Shown here: one piece after another, positions 32,537 to 41,546 of the stretch
Layout of the letters: each line of letters starts with the position of its first letter
Position numbering within the stretch: the first letter of the stretch is position 1
Virus record (IMG/VR): IMGVR_UViG_3300032053_000034
Span: 17,376-81,375 of that record
Source of the DNA: a virus
Length of the DNA: 64,000 nt
Reading direction: 5' to 3' (one strand)
Notes under the pieces: model-generated
What the model was told of the DNA's origin: nothing
Seen by the model: only the letters and a program-made list of their open reading frames with translations
Database searches by the model: none
Position numbers and translations under genes: made by a program

Positions 32537-33076
32537 ATGCCAGTAAACGCAACTATATCATTAACATATTGTAATAAGCTATCCATTGTAAATAATGAGC
32601 TTGTTACAATATATTACCAAATTGGTAAGGTACAAACAGATGGGAGTTTCTTGTTCCCAGACCCTGTTGTGTGGTATCCAATAGTTCCAGGATATTCAGC
32701 AGTAACAGTACTTCCTGATGGTCTTTATCAGATTATCTTTCAAGGAGATGCTCCTGAAGAAGGATATTATGTTCCTGCCTTGTGCAACATAGAGCAATGT
32801 GAAAAGAAATTCATTGTAGATTTACTGTGTAAAACAGGTGAATCATGCGGGGTGTATGACAGTTATCTTCTTAGACAACAACTAAAGTTCAGGGCTCTAT
32901 ACACAAACCTGTCATACTTTATTAAAGTAATAGTTGAGTCTCAGAGTGTATTTACATATATTACTCCAGAAGTATCTGAACTAGTTTATATTAATGACCT
33001 GTTTGGAATGCTAACAACAATGTGTGGGTGTAGTTCAGATAGTTGTCCACCTAAAGACTGCGGGTGCAGTAAATAA
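32537..33076 (+). CDS. Probable tail hub/fibre-attachment protein
   Basis: 179 aa, LPDGLYQI motif and Cys-rich C-terminus (CGCSSDSCPPKDCGCS), as seen in crAss-like hub proteins. Confidence 0.5.
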   Translation: MPVNATISLTYCNKLSIVNNELVTIYYQIGKVQTDGSFLFPDPVVWYPIVPGYSAVTVLPDGLYQIIFQGDAPEEGYYVPALCNIEQCEKKFIVDLLCKTGESCGVYDSYLLRQQLKFRALYTNLSYFIKVIVESQSVFTYITPEVSELVYINDLFGMLTTMCGCSSDSCPPKDCGCSK

Positions 33077-33078
33077 TT

Positions 33079-33558
33079 ATGGCAAGTATAACTAAATATC
33101 CCGTAATTATAGATAATTCAGAGTATATAAACACTCTGGATGAAGATGTTTATAATGATCTCATGGAGGTGTTTTATGATAGCGGAAGAATGGTAGCACT
33201 TACCATGAAGGGCAAGAAGTTTGACTCTATTGGCAAGGATTCTTTTTGTGTGTATGAAGAGTTGTTTGCTATTCAAGAGTTCATTAGACTTCTGGTTGTT
33301 AAGTCTTCAGATTTACAAGCAATGGAGTGTGAAATTGTTTCAGGAACTCCAGTGCCTATTCTTAAAGATGATGCTGATATTAAATGCGCAAGAGAAATGT
33401 TTCTTTGTAAATTTGGTAGTTCAAGTGATGTTGATTATTTAATTGATGAACTCATAAGAACTGCGCAATTAAATGGAAATTGGTATATTGATGAGGATGG
33501 AGATGATTACATTCTTGAAGATGGAGATGAATGTTCACGATATATATTAGAAAAATAA
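33079..33558 (+). CDS. Probable tail hub/adaptor protein
   Basis: 159 aa; C-terminal YIDEDG..YILEDG..YILE repeats; precedes the fibre gene. Confidence 0.45.
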   Translation: MASITKYPVIIDNSEYINTLDEDVYNDLMEVFYDSGRMVALTMKGKKFDSIGKDSFCVYEELFAIQEFIRLLVVKSSDLQAMECEIVSGTPVPILKDDADIKCAREMFLCKFGSSSDVDYLIDELIRTAQLNGNWYIDEDGDDYILEDGDECSRYILEK

Positions 33559-33559
33559 G

Positions 33560-36529
33560 ATGGCACTTAAAAAATTTACACAGCTTCCTTCAAAGAATGC
33601 GAAGCTAGATTCTATTCTCCCAAAAGTTGACTTGTCTGATGTAAATGTTAAGGCCACAAAGACCACATTTAATCAGGTATTTGACATTACTAGGGAGACT
33701 ATTAATGTTGGCGAAGTAACAACAACTGATGGGGGCCAGTCTTTCTCTTTATTAGTTGCAGACTTACCTACCAATAAGTCATTAATGTATTTCTATGTTA
33801 AATTTCCAGTGGACGCATTAGCAGCCTCAACACTTGATTTAGGGTTTGGAGCAAAGCCACTGGAATTAAAGGCAAATGATGGGCAAAATTATCAATTTGT
33901 TGATAATGGAATGATAAAGGGTGGTGGTACATATTTATTAATGTATGACTCACTTGCAAGCCCAGGGTTTGTAATGATGAGACCTCCTGTGGATACAGTT
34001 ACCGTATCTGCTTCTTCAACTGTTGGCAATATTGCGACTGTAGCTTCAGTAACAACTCCTGGATCTCACTTTATAGATTATCAAATTACAGTGTTGCCTC
34101 AGAATATTCCAAATGTAAATCTTATTATAGATTTAACTGCGGATCTTGATGGTGGATTTGGATCACTAGAAACTACAAAAACCGCAGCTTCACTTAAGCC
34201 TGGGTATTGGTATAAGTTTCTTTACACCTGTATTCATAAGGTTCCAGGAACATCATATCTTAATACCAACCCATTAGTTCAGTCATTTCCTGGATGCACT
34301 GTTGTTTCTGAAGAATTTATTGTTCAAGCTATAGATGTGGATAAATTAAGCTTCACAACTGTAAGAAGCTTACAATACCCAGAGGATATTATTCACTGGA
34401 GAGATACTGACAGTACTGTTATCAATCAGAATGCTGAAGAGTTCATTCCAAGTACCTTTGTTAATGGTAAAAACAATGTTATAAATGGCAGTAATATTCA
34501 ATATTTCCTAAACCCAACCACTGTTTCAAGGGCTGGTAGGATTTACTACAGAGAGGATACTATACAAAGGACTATAGCTCCTTATGACTACAGATCTGTT
34601 GTCTACATTAGATATGCACTTAAGATAAATGCTGGAGGAAATTACAAGTTCTTTGGCGCAGTTCCACTTGCTCCTGGGCCATACTTCACAGGTGCTATAG
34701 TAGAGGTTAACTTCAGATATTATATTGTTACCGAAGCTTTCACTGCATTAACAACAAATCTTCTTGATTCTTCTGCGTTCTTAAAAGACATTACAGTTGT
34801 AGCAAGTGGGAGTAAATATTTATCAACAAGTAACTCTTTGTTTGTTCCATTTGGATATAATGGCTCTCAAAAGATTATAGAGGTTGATCCATTAGACTTT
34901 ATCTTTACTAAGACATTTCCTATTGCAATTCCAACATCTGTTTCTCAGTCATTTGCATACAATGTAGAGATCAAAGATTTTGCTGCAGCTTATGTGGAAG
35001 CTGTTACTTGGGAATTTTACCCAGATATTGTTTTCTATTTGGGGTCAAATGGGAGTCAACCAACAAATATTACTATTGATGGATTCTCTTATGACATGAC
35101 ATTTGTTGGAGCTCAAAATGCTACTATTGGTTCTTACTGTAGAAACATCACTCTTGATGGCAATATAATTGGTAGTCCAATTGTTATTGGTAAGAACTGC
35201 AGAAATATTATGATGTCAAATCTTAGAGGTCCCATTGGTATTGGTCCAGACTGTAGTGAAATTCAAGTTGTGGGATCCAATGGTATTGTTAAAATTGGCG
35301 ATAGTAATACTGGTATATCTTTTAATTCAAATCAACCAGGAGAGAGAGTTGAAGTTGGGTCAGATAATGCTAATATTCTTTTGAGCAGTTTTGATGGAAC
35401 AATTGGTAGTGGTAATACCTATATTGCTGTTAGTAATTCATTCAAGTACTCTATTGGAAACAATAATAGATCAATAAATGATAGTTACTCTAATGGGGGC
35501 GTAATTGGTGAAAGATGTGAATTTATTTATCTTAATGCACCAACAACACTTGTTGAGGGTATTACATCTCTTAGGGATGGAGATATTGTTAATGGGTCTT
35601 CCGATGTTAAGATATTTACATCTGGAAAGAATAGCATTATAAAAACAATAAACTTAAAGAATATTGCAGATCCTGGTTTAACACTAATAAACTCTATATT
35701 TAACACTACAGAGATTACCAACTTCTCATATACCGCAGGTGTAGTATTATATAATACATATCTTGTGGTTCAATTAAGACAGACATATAATATTCAGGAT
35801 ATTCTTTCTATTCCTGTTGGGCCTGGCAATTACTGGATTTGTAATTTTACAAACTGTGATACGTTAACTCTTGATAGAATTTCTCCTGATGGTGGATTCT
35901 TACAGTTTGAGTCTGTATTGAATTCTACATTTACAAATGGCTTGTTTAACACTTCTGCTTTAATACAGAATGTTAAATATGCTACATTTACAAATGTAGA
36001 TTTATTCTATTCAAACTTGATAAATATACATGGAATTACTCTTGGGAATATGACATTGTGGTACGCAAACCTGTCAAACATAAATGCTATCACAATGAGT
36101 TTGTTTACAAAGGTCACAGTGTACTATTTATCAATATTAAACTCAAGGGCTATTAGTTTTAGTGGTCTTTCTGCAACAACAAACTATGATAAATTATTCA
36201 TAGACAAGTGTGTTATAGTTGAGATAAATGGAAATATGTCTCTTAGTGATGCTGAAATTGAAGGAACTAGTTCACTAACACTTAAGGTAACTGCGCCAAC
36301 AAGTATTAGTCAATTTAGTATTGCAAATGCAAACAAAATGATAAATCCAAATACACTTGTATCTTCAATTGTTGATTTAACAGCAGCTGTTGTTACAGTA
36401 AAAGGTGTTCAATTTGGAATGCTTGTTCAAGACAGTGTAGTACTTACTAATTATTACTTCTGCGGTATTAAACAAGCAATAGCAAGTGGCGTACAAACAT
36501 CAAGTCCAGTTAAATTATTGGTAGCATAA
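33560..36529 (+). CDS. Tail fibre/spike receptor-binding protein (beta-helix)
   Basis: 989 aa; N-terminal KKFTQLP attachment-like motif, GRIYYRED...APYDYR, and repeated IG.NC.NI/IGS.N turns indicating a parallel beta-helix. Confidence 0.75.
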   Translation: MALKKFTQLPSKNAKLDSILPKVDLSDVNVKATKTTFNQVFDITRETINVGEVTTTDGGQSFSLLVADLPTNKSLMYFYVKFPVDALAASTLDLGFGAKPLELKANDGQNYQFVDNGMIKGGGTYLLMYDSLASPGFVMMRPPVDTVTVSASSTVGNIATVASVTTPGSHFIDYQITVLPQNIPNVNLIIDLTADLDGGFGSLETTKTAASLKPGYWYKFLYTCIHKVPGTSYLNTNPLVQSFPGCTVVSEEFIVQAIDVDKLSFTTVRSLQYPEDIIHWRDTDSTVINQNAEEFIPSTFVNGKNNVINGSNIQYFLNPTTVSRAGRIYYREDTIQRTIAPYDYRSVVYIRYALKINAGGNYKFFGAVPLAPGPYFTGAIVEVNFRYYIVTEAFTALTTNLLDSSAFLKDITVVASGSKYLSTSNSLFVPFGYNGSQKIIEVDPLDFIFTKTFPIAIPTSVSQSFAYNVEIKDFAAAYVEAVTWEFYPDIVFYLGSNGSQPTNITIDGFSYDMTFVGAQNATIGSYCRNITLDGNIIGSPIVIGKNCRNIMMSNLRGPIGIGPDCSEIQVVGSNGIVKIGDSNTGISFNSNQPGERVEVGSDNANILLSSFDGTIGSGNTYIAVSNSFKYSIGNNNRSINDSYSNGGVIGERCEFIYLNAPTTLVEGITSLRDGDIVNGSSDVKIFTSGKNSIIKTINLKNIADPGLTLINSIFNTTEITNFSYTAGVVLYNTYLVVQLRQTYNIQDILSIPVGPGNYWICNFTNCDTLTLDRISPDGGFLQFESVLNSTFTNGLFNTSALIQNVKYATFTNVDLFYSNLINIHGITLGNMTLWYANLSNINAITMSLFTKVTVYYLSILNSRAISFSGLSATTNYDKLFIDKCVIVEINGNMSLSDAEIEGTSSLTLKVTAPTSISQFSIANANKMINPNTLVSSIVDLTAAVVTVKGVQFGMLVQDSVVLTNYYFCGIKQAIASGVQTSSPVKLLVA

Positions 36530-36543
36530 AAGTTAAAAAGATC

Positions 36544-37254
36544 ATGGAAATAGGACACATTTATCTCATCCATTTGGAGAGAAGAACCGACAGAAAAGAT
36601 GGTTATTTCAAAGTTGACAAAAATGGAGAGTTTATTCTTGATGACAATGGAGAAAAGATCTGGATAAAAGGATTTGTAGAAAAACTTGAAGGGGTGTTTT
36701 CTGAATATGAAGTATTCCCAGCCATTGATGGAATGGAGCTTGATGTTCAATTGCCACCACAGACAGGGCAAAATAGATGGAATAAGGGCGCGTATGCCCT
36801 TACTCTTACTACTATTAAAATTCTTGAAGACTCAATGGAAAAAGGATATGAAAATATTCTTATCCTTGAGGATGATGTTGTTATTAATCCATTATTTGAT
36901 ATAGTGATTGATAATTACCTTAGTGACATGACGTTTAAGTTTGATTTTGCATTCTTGGGTTATACAACATTTGGTAATTGTGCAAAACCTGAAACTAGAT
37001 ATTGGGATAGGATCGTTCAAATGTGTAGTTGCCATGCTTATATTGTTAATAAGCATCTTTTCCCTACATATAAAAATATTCTTAGTCAACTAAATGTACC
37101 AATTGATGTTCATGTAAACTCAATTGTTGCCGCAAGATTGAACTCTTTTTCAGCTGTTAAATGGTCTGGTCATAAACTTATTTGGCAGGAGGATGGTATT
37201 TCTGATATAGAAGCAGAGGGAGGTAAGTTTTATGCCGTTGGGTTCACAGACTAA
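36544..37254 (+). CDS. Glycosyltransferase family 25
   Basis: YLIHLERRTDR, FPAIDG, ILILEDDV, HAYIVN and PID motifs. Confidence 0.85.
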   Translation: MEIGHIYLIHLERRTDRKDGYFKVDKNGEFILDDNGEKIWIKGFVEKLEGVFSEYEVFPAIDGMELDVQLPPQTGQNRWNKGAYALTLTTIKILEDSMEKGYENILILEDDVVINPLFDIVIDNYLSDMTFKFDFAFLGYTTFGNCAKPETRYWDRIVQMCSCHAYIVNKHLFPTYKNILSQLNVPIDVHVNSIVAARLNSFSAVKWSGHKLIWQEDGISDIEAEGGKFYAVGFTD

Positions 37255-37276
37255 AATCATTTATATCTCTGAGTAT

Positions 37277-37477
37277 ATGGGGATACAAATTGAAGAAGAA
37301 GCTACTGTAATTGCAGTAGAGGGAAATAAAACTTATGTGAAAGATGACTATGGCAATAATCTATATTTCAATAATGAAACAGGTTATTGCTATAGTGATC
37401 ACACATTTAATGGTGCTAGGAAGTTTTTAAAGAATCCTTCTGGCATTGTAACACCAATTGAAAAATGGACAAAATGA
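37277..37477 (+). CDS. Hypothetical protein
   Basis: Short ORF filling the gap; ATG 37277 preferred as start. Confidence 0.4.
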   Translation: MGIQIEEEATVIAVEGNKTYVKDDYGNNLYFNNETGYCYSDHTFNGARKFLKNPSGIVTPIEKWTK

Positions 37478-38334
37478 AAAAGCCAAATCCTAGTATTCCA
37501 AATCCTAACATACAGCCTAATCAGGTCTATGCAAATAAAGAAATTTATATGGGAAATGATTTGGCTATTGGTAATTACAAGCAAAGTAGAGGTCCAATTA
37601 GGGACAAAATTGGGCCCTACAATGCACCAACTTCTTCTGGTGATGTAATTAGGCAGGTAGCCAAAAAGAATGCATTAGATTCAGCCACACAGCCTGATTA
37701 TGTAAATTCTGTTGCTCCTACTAATGGTAAAATGACAGAGGCAGATTTAAACGCGACTACTATGAGAGGATTTAGATTATATCCACCAAATATTTCAGAG
37801 ACTGGAAGTACTACTAAAACTTCTGGCGCTGGCATTAAGAAGCAACCACAGATTAAGACTGCAGCAAAAGGAATTAAATCTTATGCTGTTGGTTCCCAAG
37901 GAATATATGATCAAAATGATTTTTTACAGCAAGAAATTGGTAAGCCAATTAAAAGGCAAGAAATAACCAACCAGGGGAATATTGAAGTCCAACAGCAAAT
38001 TGAGCAAAACAAAATTAACTATCAAAACCAGTTAACCCAATCTGCAATTGAATCTGCTAGTTCTGCATTTAGTACTTATGCTGGAGGAAAAGGTGTTGGT
38101 AAAAAGCAACCAAAAAGCCTATATAATGGCGGTAATAATATTGCTGGAGAGCCTGCGCCAAGTGGCATTCAGGCTACAGCTGCTGATGGTATTAAAAGTT
38201 TTAAGCAACCTAAGTACCTAGAGAATTATCAAGCAGTAAGTACTAATCCTATTCCTGATTATGTTTATGGAGAGAAATCTTTAAAAGGCTACAGGAATGG
38301 GTCTCGGATGATAAAGAATACTAGTAAGTGCTAA
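37465..38334 (+). CDS. Probable virion cargo-like low-complexity protein
   Basis: 289 aa, Q/N/P-rich, with repeated TAA.GIKS motifs resembling those in 10514..12592. Confidence 0.5.
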   Translation: MDKMKKPNPSIPNPNIQPNQVYANKEIYMGNDLAIGNYKQSRGPIRDKIGPYNAPTSSGDVIRQVAKKNALDSATQPDYVNSVAPTNGKMTEADLNATTMRGFRLYPPNISETGSTTKTSGAGIKKQPQIKTAAKGIKSYAVGSQGIYDQNDFLQQEIGKPIKRQEITNQGNIEVQQQIEQNKINYQNQLTQSAIESASSAFSTYAGGKGVGKKQPKSLYNGGNNIAGEPAPSGIQATAADGIKSFKQPKYLENYQAVSTNPIPDYVYGEKSLKGYRNGSRMIKNTSKC

Positions 38335-38335
38335 T

Positions 38336-38376
38336 AAAAAAAAATCCCCTAACCAATTAAGGCTAGGGGATTTTTT
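38336..38376. terminator. Bidirectional rho-independent terminator between convergent genome arms
   Basis: A-run, ATCCCCTAACC, loop, GGCTAGGGGAT, T-run, at the +/- strand switch. Confidence 0.9.
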
Positions 38377-38905
38377 ATATAAACGATTTTATAATCTCAA
38401 ATAGTATCTTGGGGAGAATATATCCAAGCATAGCGGCAATTACGAATAAATACCAGTACTTGAATACCCACTGTATTCCTCCGACTTTATGGATTATATT
38501 GGGTTTGTACACCACTTCTTTATGTTCTGCTACTAAATAATAATGTCCATCTTTGGCTTTAAGTATTTCCACCTTTGTATTATTAGATAAATAGACACCC
38601 TCACTTAATCCGCATTCTGCTCTGATCAAATTGGTAATCTGTTTTTTTAGTACAGGATTACTAATCCTCACAGGCTTGCTATTTACGCAAGTATCTTTAT
38701 ACAGTGTGAATAAACTGTCAAATCTTTCAAACTGCTTCACAATTGATACACTGTCTTTTCCTTTTAGAAATAAAGTATCTCTTACCAGGGATGTGTCCAC
38801 TAGTTCTGGATGGTTTTTTACTAGTGTTAAAAATCTTCTTGATGCAGAGCACGAGAAGAGGTATAATGACATAAATACCAACCATAAAATAGGATAACAT
38901 TTCAT
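38375..38905 (-). CDS. Putative unimolecular spanin
   Basis: N-terminal lipoprotein signal ending LFS/C and C-terminal TM helix (YWYLFVIAAMLGYIL); last gene of the lysis cassette. Confidence 0.65.
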   Translation of the reverse strand: MKCYPILWLVFMSLYLFSCSASRRFLTLVKNHPELVDTSLVRDTLFLKGKDSVSIVKQFERFDSLFTLYKDTCVNSKPVRISNPVLKKQITNLIRAECGLSEGVYLSNNTKVEILKAKDGHYYLVAEHKEVVYKPNIIHKVGGIQWVFKYWYLFVIAAMLGYILPKILFEIIKSFI

Positions 38906-38906
38906 A

Positions 38907-39158
38907 TTAATTATTTATAGGTGGATCTTGAATTTCACTTTCATTCTGTACTGCAAATGTTGCAATTGCAGCCATTGTTGCACCTATTGTTGCTAAGTGT
39001 TGAAACAAAGATACAAATTCTGGATATAACTCTATTCCAGGAACAGCAATAATACTTAATGAAAATCCAGAAAGGTATAATCCAGCCTTTCTTACATTCT
39101 TAAAGAACACTGGGGTTCTTTTTTTTGCTCTTTCTATGAGCATTCTAATTCTTCTCAT
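38907..39158 (-). CDS. Putative holin
   Basis: 83 aa; basic N-terminus (RAKKRTPVFFK) and two hydrophobic helices; in the lysis cassette. Confidence 0.65.
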   Translation of the reverse strand: MRRIRMLIERAKKRTPVFFKNVRKAGLYLSGFSLSIIAVPGIELYPEFVSLFQHLATIGATMAAIATFAVQNESEIQDPPINN

Positions 39159-39387
39159 TTTTATTAACTTCTCCTTTATTTCTAAATAAGAAAAATATCT
39201 TCAGAAAAAGATATGTAACTCCTAATACTGCAGAGATTGAAGAGCAAATATGAATCACTTCTTCAAGAGCAAAGTCCAAAGGGCTCAATATCTTAATTAA
39301 CAAACCCTCAATTTTAAATGAAATTGAAGTCATCACTGCCACAAACAATGGAGTAATATATTCTGAAGCAATTTGCTTAATTGTCAT
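39145..39387 (-). CDS. Putative holin/antiholin membrane protein
   Basis: About 80 aa from ATG 39387; hydrophobic helices and a basic C-terminus; directly after the endolysin. Confidence 0.5.
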   Translation of the reverse strand: MTIKQIASEYITPLFVAVMTSISFKIEGLLIKILSPLDFALEEVIHICSSISAVLGVTYLFLKIFFLFRNKGEVNKNEKN

Positions 39388-39391
39388 GGCG

Positions 39392-39943
39392 TTAAATATT
39401 AATATTAAGAACTTGTTTTGCCCTGTCATAAAAAGCAAGCCTTTCATTATAATGTGTATAGCCTCCATTGATAGTTTTTGTAATTTTTTTATATTCTTGC
39501 TTATCCGCGAGAATATTAAGACCTTTTACGTAGAAAAACCAACATGCAGATGCTACAGTATATTCAAGTTGCTCTAATAATTCAGGGGTTTTAACGAAAT
39601 CTATACCAAAAGCTTTTGATAATTTAGTATAGTTAAATTTACCGGTAATCTGTATATATCCTCTTCCTTTAAACTTCTGTCCATCACCATCTTTTTCTGG
39701 GGTATTACCCAGATCAATTGCTTTTTGGCCTGTATCATAAGCTTCTCCAGAGGCAATTTCTTTTGTATAAAAAAAAGAACCGCTTTCATGTGCTACTTGA
39801 GCAATGAAAGCGGCAAACCTTAATTTGTTATTTATATCAAATTTTTCACAGTAAACATTCATGAATGGAGTTATGATAGCAAGAGTTTTACTGCTTGCTA
39901 AGGGAACAATCTTCTTAATATTTTCCTGTGTTATAAAGTCCAT
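39392..39943 (-). CDS. Endolysin, glycoside hydrolase family 19
   Basis: AAFIAQVAHESG, LGN...GDG.KFKGRGYIQITGKFNY and ITKTINGG motifs. Confidence 0.93.
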   Translation of the reverse strand: MDFITQENIKKIVPLASSKTLAIITPFMNVYCEKFDINNKLRFAAFIAQVAHESGSFFYTKEIASGEAYDTGQKAIDLGNTPEKDGDGQKFKGRGYIQITGKFNYTKLSKAFGIDFVKTPELLEQLEYTVASACWFFYVKGLNILADKQEYKKITKTINGGYTHYNERLAFYDRAKQVLNINI

Positions 39944-40052
39944 GATACTAATACGTTATAGAAGGTTATTTTTGTTTTTGTTATTAAGCCTATAAATATA
40001 CGTAATTATAATACAAACACATACAAGCCAGACCAAAGTAACATGACACATA

Positions 40053-40214
40053 CTATTTTTGTTTTGAAGGGTGTTTTTGAATTGCTTTTTCGTGTCTCTG
40101 ATTTACACTACTAGCATCAAGAACAACTGAGATTCTTTTTCCTGCAGTGTAAATTTCTTCCTTGAAATTTCTTTTATTTTCTGAGATTGACTTTTTTAAA
40201 GATGCCTTAGACAT
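40053..40214 (-). CDS. Small basic hypothetical protein (53 aa, below the ORF-track cutoff)
   Basis: Translated by hand as MSKASLKKSISENKRNFKEEIYTAGKRISVVLDASSVNQRHEKAIQKHPSKQK; starts 1 nt after the upstream stop. Confidence 0.5.
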   Translation of the reverse strand: MSKASLKKSISENKRNFKEEIYTAGKRISVVLDASSVNQRHEKAIQKHPSKQK

Positions 40215-40215
40215 T

Positions 40216-40539
40216 TTATTCTGAATTAGATTGTTTAGGTTTTTTTTCTGTATTAGACGCTTTTATCTGTTTCATTAAAGACTCATAAACAGTCTCTACT
40301 GCATCATCAAAAAACTCTTTTGATTCTTCTGGAATCTTATTAATAAAATAGTCGCATACTTCATTAAGTGATTCTTTGGCGCGAATATAATGATTTCTGA
40401 TTTTTGAATCAGCAAAATGACCAGCTTTTATCATCATCATACTTTCTCTTGTTGCAGCAGCAAGCATGACCATGTGATAAATTTGGTTTTCCTCTGCCCT
40501 CTCGGATTCTGGTGTTAATTTTATTTTTCTTTTTGCCAT
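40216..40539 (-). CDS. Hypothetical protein
   Basis: 107 aa, tightly packed in the operon. Confidence 0.6.
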   Translation of the reverse strand: MAKRKIKLTPESERAEENQIYHMVMLAAATRESMMMIKAGHFADSKIRNHYIRAKESLNEVCDYFINKIPEESKEFFDDAVETVYESLMKQIKASNTEKKPKQSNSE

Positions 40540-40542
40540 AAA

Positions 40543-41301
40543 TCAATAATTGCTATTAAACAATAATTCTCTTTTCCCTTCATGTGATATTGCATAGGCT
40601 TTAATTCTAACTTCTCCTTTTTCTTTAAAAACCTTTACATTAATTCCAGAGTATCCCCATGAAAACTCTTCTGCAGAGTTATTCTTGCAGAAATCATTAA
40701 AGAAATTAATAAAACTTACTAGAGTGTTTGTGTTTCTCCAAGATGAAGAAATAAGCTTTTCTGCCATTTTATAGCCATACCTATAAGGATTTGAAATATT
40801 CTGAAATGTTGCAGATTTTTTATAGTTTAAAGAATACTCAGGATACTCACTTGAAATCTTAAAGTCCTTGATTTCTTTTACGAGATTATTAATATAGTCA
40901 TCTAAGTGTGTTGTTGGTTTTTGATATGGAATACAACATTTAAGTTCATCTCCAAAAAAACAATTACCGTCTTTAATAGCCTCTTGAATACTATATTTAT
41001 TTTCATTCATTATAGCATCATAAAAACTATAAATGCTTCTTCCGCTCCTGTATTCTCCCAATATTTCATAATAATAGAACGCAGCACCCATAGCACACAT
41101 TTCTCCACAAATATTAAAAGCATAATCACCTTTAAAATATTTATGTTTTTCTTCAAACCAATGCTCAAAGACATCATGAAAAATGCCTATGCCATTCCAG
41201 AATGCATTGAAGTTTTTATCTTCAGTTCCTTTAGGGCATAGGCCATATTCTCCACTTGAATCATCTTCAAACATTACTAAATTTACATCTAGTATTTTCA
41301 A
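40543..41301 (-). CDS. Hypothetical protein with possible metal-binding HDxxEH motif
   Basis: 252 aa; IFHDVFEH...GEMCAMG. Confidence 0.55.
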   Translation of the reverse strand: MKILDVNLVMFEDDSSGEYGLCPKGTEDKNFNAFWNGIGIFHDVFEHWFEEKHKYFKGDYAFNICGEMCAMGAAFYYYEILGEYRSGRSIYSFYDAIMNENKYSIQEAIKDGNCFFGDELKCCIPYQKPTTHLDDYINNLVKEIKDFKISSEYPEYSLNYKKSATFQNISNPYRYGYKMAEKLISSSWRNTNTLVSFINFFNDFCKNNSAEEFSWGYSGINVKVFKEKGEVRIKAYAISHEGKRELLFNSNY

Positions 41302-41305
41302 GGTA

Positions 41306-41545
41306 TTAAGAAGATTTTTCTGTAACCCCTTTGAGATTATTAATCTCTCTGTTTAAATACCAAGCAGCTTTTTCAAGGTCTTCAACAGTTTTTGCAGGGT
41401 CTTTTTTACCTGCACGGGAAATATACTTTACAGTATTTCCAAGATTAAACCCAAGCTTCCATGATTCAATGGCATTTATGGGTTCAATAGAATTGCCAGC
41501 ATAATGCTTTGGCTTATTTACTGGGTCAAAATTATCTTCAGCCAT
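41306..41545 (-). CDS. DUF3310 family protein
   Basis: DPVNKPKHY, FNLGNTVKYISRAGKK, EDLEKAAWYL. Confidence 0.88.
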   Translation of the reverse strand: MAEDNFDPVNKPKHYAGNSIEPINAIESWKLGFNLGNTVKYISRAGKKDPAKTVEDLEKAAWYLNREINNLKGVTEKSS

Positions 41546-41546
41546 G

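Noticed and set aside
39768-39777. A8 homopolymer in the endolysin gene as a phase-variation site
   Set aside because: The frame is intact and such runs are expected in an AT-rich genome.
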